From contig CAVXJS010000011.1 of NCBI GenBank assembly GCA_963762145.1, positions 832,001 to 896,000 of the forward strand: a stretch of DNA of 64,000 nt, in the 5' to 3' direction. The notes under the pieces were generated by a model, which saw only the letters and a program-made list of their open reading frames with translations, searched no databases and was not told the DNA's origin. The position numbers and the translations under genes were made by a program. Shown here one piece after another: positions 62,045 through 64,000 of this stretch (its first letter is position 1; each line of letters starts with the position of its first letter). Source of the DNA: an uncultured Candidatus Rokubacteria bacterium (GTDB lineage: Bacteria > Methylomirabilota > Methylomirabilia > Rokubacteriales > CSP1-6).

Positions 62045-64000
62045 CTAGGTTCGGGCGCTGAGGAACAGGGCGGTGCCGATGCCCGCGAAGACGATGTTGG
62101 CCGTCCAGGCGGCGAGGGCGGCGGGCAGCAGATCGGCCTGCGCGAACGCGATCGCCACCGAGTGCACGATCCAGTAGCCCACCGCGATCACGATGGCCAC
62201 CCCGATGCCCATCGCCCGCCCGCCGCTGCGCGGCGAGACCAGCGCGAACGGAATCGCCACCAGGGCCATGATCACGTGGACGAGCGGGAACGACACCTTG
62301 GAGTAGAGCTGGACGAGGTAGCGGTTGACCCGGTGTCCGCTCTCCCGGAGCTTCGTCACGTAGGCGCGCAGCTCCAGGAAGCTCATGGTGTCGGGGGCGT
62401 TCTGGACCTGGATGAAGTCGTCGATGTTCTCCGGCATCGGCATCAGGCGCGTCGCGAACGGGTCGGACGTGACCCGATTCTGCGGGCCCATCTGGCGCAG
62501 CACGCCGTCGACGAGCTGCCAGCCCTCCGGCGTCCACTGCGCGGTGCGGGCGTCCACCCGCTCCACGAGCCGGAAGTCGGGGCTGATCTCGAGCACGGTG
62601 AGCCCCTCCATGGACTTGCCCACCGGGTCGAGGAGCGCCATGCGGAAGAAGCGCGTATCGGAGGAGCGGTACCAGATCTGGGTCTGGCGCTGGAGGTGCC
62701 GCGGGAGCTGCCCCCGGATCTTCACCCGGTCCACCTCGTCCGCCTTCGCGTTGATGTCCGGCAGCGCGACCTCCTGGAAGACGACCGCGAGGACGCTGAT
62801 GGCGCCCGCCACCAGCAGGATGGGGAGGCTCGCCCGGTAGAGGCTCACCCCGGCCGCCTTGAGCGCGTCGAGCTCCCGCTGGCGGGTGAGGGAGAGGAAG
62901 AGGAACACGGTGGCGATCAGCACGATCATCGGCAGCCCCTTGTAGAGCTCGCCGGGCATCCGGTAGAGGAAGTGCTCGAGGATCGTGACGAAGGGCGGCT
63001 TGGAGCGCAGGAAGCGGTCGAGGGTCTGCAGCAGATCCACCACCGCGATGAGGACCAGGCCGACGCCGGTCCCGATGCCGAGGAAGATCAGGTACTGCCG
63101 GACCAGGTAGCGGTCGATGATGAAGGTGGACGCGCGCGGGCCGACGAGCCGGCCGAGCCGGCGCCGCCGCCGGCGCTCCTCCAGCGGCTTGACCACCCGC
63201 CCCGATTCGCGCTCGCCGATCTTCGCCCAGAGCCGCCAGAACAGATCGACCCAGGCGGGGGGCATGCCGGCGACGCTCGCGCGCATGAGGATCACGCCGA
63301 TCACCGCGAGGATCGCGTTGGGGGTCCAGACCGCGAGGCCCGCGGGCATGCGGCCGCGGAGGGCCATGCCCTCCATCGTCGAGTAGAGGATGTAGTAGGC
63401 CACCACGATGCCGAAGCTCAGCGCGAGCGCGACCGCGCGCCCGCCCCGTTGCGCGCGGATGCCGAGCGGGAAGCCCATGATCGTGAAGACCAGCGCCGCC
63501 ACCGGCAGCGCGAAGCGCTTGTGCAGCTCGACATAGTACGGCGCCGAGATCTGCCCGGTCCGGCGCATGTTCTCCGCCTCCGCGATGAGCTCGCGCAGCG
63601 GGAGCTGCTTCTCGGGCTTCTCCTCCCGCGCGACCGCCGCGAGCGGCGAGTCGACCGGGAGGGTCATGTCGTAGAGGCTGAAGTAGGTCTGGCGGAACCG
63701 CCGGTGATCGCCCACGTCGGACTCGCTGATCGAGCCGTCCAGGAAGCGCAGGGTGATGCGGCGGGTCTTCTCGTCACTCAGGAGGCGCCCCTCGCGGGCC
63801 ACGATGATGCGGGACTGCTCGGCGTTGCGCTCGTCGGAGACGAGCAGTCCCTTGAGACGCACCTGCGACGCGCTCACCTCGTCCACGTAGATGACGAACT
63901 GGCTGAAGCTCGCGCTGAAGGTGCGCTCCTTGATCCCGGTGGTGGCCCGCGACTGGAAGATGCGGAAGAGCTGGCGCTGGAAGGCGCCGCTCGACCACGG
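62045..64000 (-). CDS. Fused LptF-LptG LPS export permease (5' end outside window)
   Basis: The LptF-like end (VELHKRFALP..AVWTPN) runs in frame into a complete second module (IIDRYLVRQY..ELDALKAAGVS..AAWTAN). Confidence 0.88.
   Translation of the reverse strand, partial: PWSSGAFQRQLFRIFQSRATTGIKERTFSASFSQFVIYVDEVSASQVRLKGLLVSDERNAEQSRIIVAREGRLLSDEKTRRITLRFLDGSISESDVGDHRRFRQTYFSLYDMTLPVDSPLAAVAREEKPEKQLPLRELIAEAENMRRTGQISAPYYVELHKRFALPVAALVFTIMGFPLGIRAQRGGRAVALALSFGIVVAYYILYSTMEGMALRGRMPAGLAVWTPNAILAVIGVILMRASVAGMPPAWVDLFWRLWAKIGERESGRVVKPLEERRRRRRLGRLVGPRASTFIIDRYLVRQYLIFLGIGTGVGLVLIAVVDLLQTLDRFLRSKPPFVTILEHFLYRMPGELYKGLPMIVLIATVFLFLSLTRQRELDALKAAGVSLYRASLPILLVAGAISVLAVVFQEVALPDINAKADEVDRVKIRGQLPRHLQRQTQIWYRSSDTRFFRMALLDPVGKSMEGLTVLEISPDFRLVERVDARTAQWTPEGWQLVDGVLRQMGPQNRVTSDPFATRLMPMPENIDDFIQVQNAPDTMSFLELRAYVTKLRESGHRVNRYLVQLYSKVSFPLVHVIMALVAIPFALVSPRSGGRAMGIGVAIVIAVGYWIVHSVAIAFAQADLLPAALAAWTANIVFAGIGTALFLSART

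Overview
This is a very GC-rich chromosomal segment from a diderm bacterium. Gene content and style suggest Candidatus Rokubacteria/Methylomirabilota, which is an inference I could not verify. Many genes, including essential ones (pyrG, metK, kdsD), carry single-base frameshifts, most simply explained as long-read indel errors. In order, the window holds: small redox/housekeeping genes, nfo and nth, a two-pump efflux operon (RND plus MacAB-type around one TolC), a class II ribonucleotide reductase with a LAGLIDADG intein, a GAF hybrid kinase-ppx-proline racemase run, HNH-uvrB-uvrC, leuS-lptE-holA-ceramidase-like/rpsT, murJ, xerD, a tRNA nucleotidyltransferase, pyrG-kdsA-kdsD-kdsC, lptCAB-rpoN-hpf-rapZ, GH57, metK, UPF0182 and a fused lptF-lptG. 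The most notable observations are: (1) a 35-bp palindromic element present once between genes and once, identical and inverted, in-frame inside the nucleotidyltransferase gene, with a second likely palindromic insert in leuS; (2) an AhpE-like peroxiredoxin whose catalytic Cys codon is UGA (UxxC motif) followed by a SECIS-like hairpin; (3) a Gln-terminated intein at the RNR catalytic Cys; (4) a sigma54 box over the start of the lptCAB-rpoN operon; (5) a structured leader with a uORF before xerD. I saw no CRISPR array, rRNA, tRNA or prophage.
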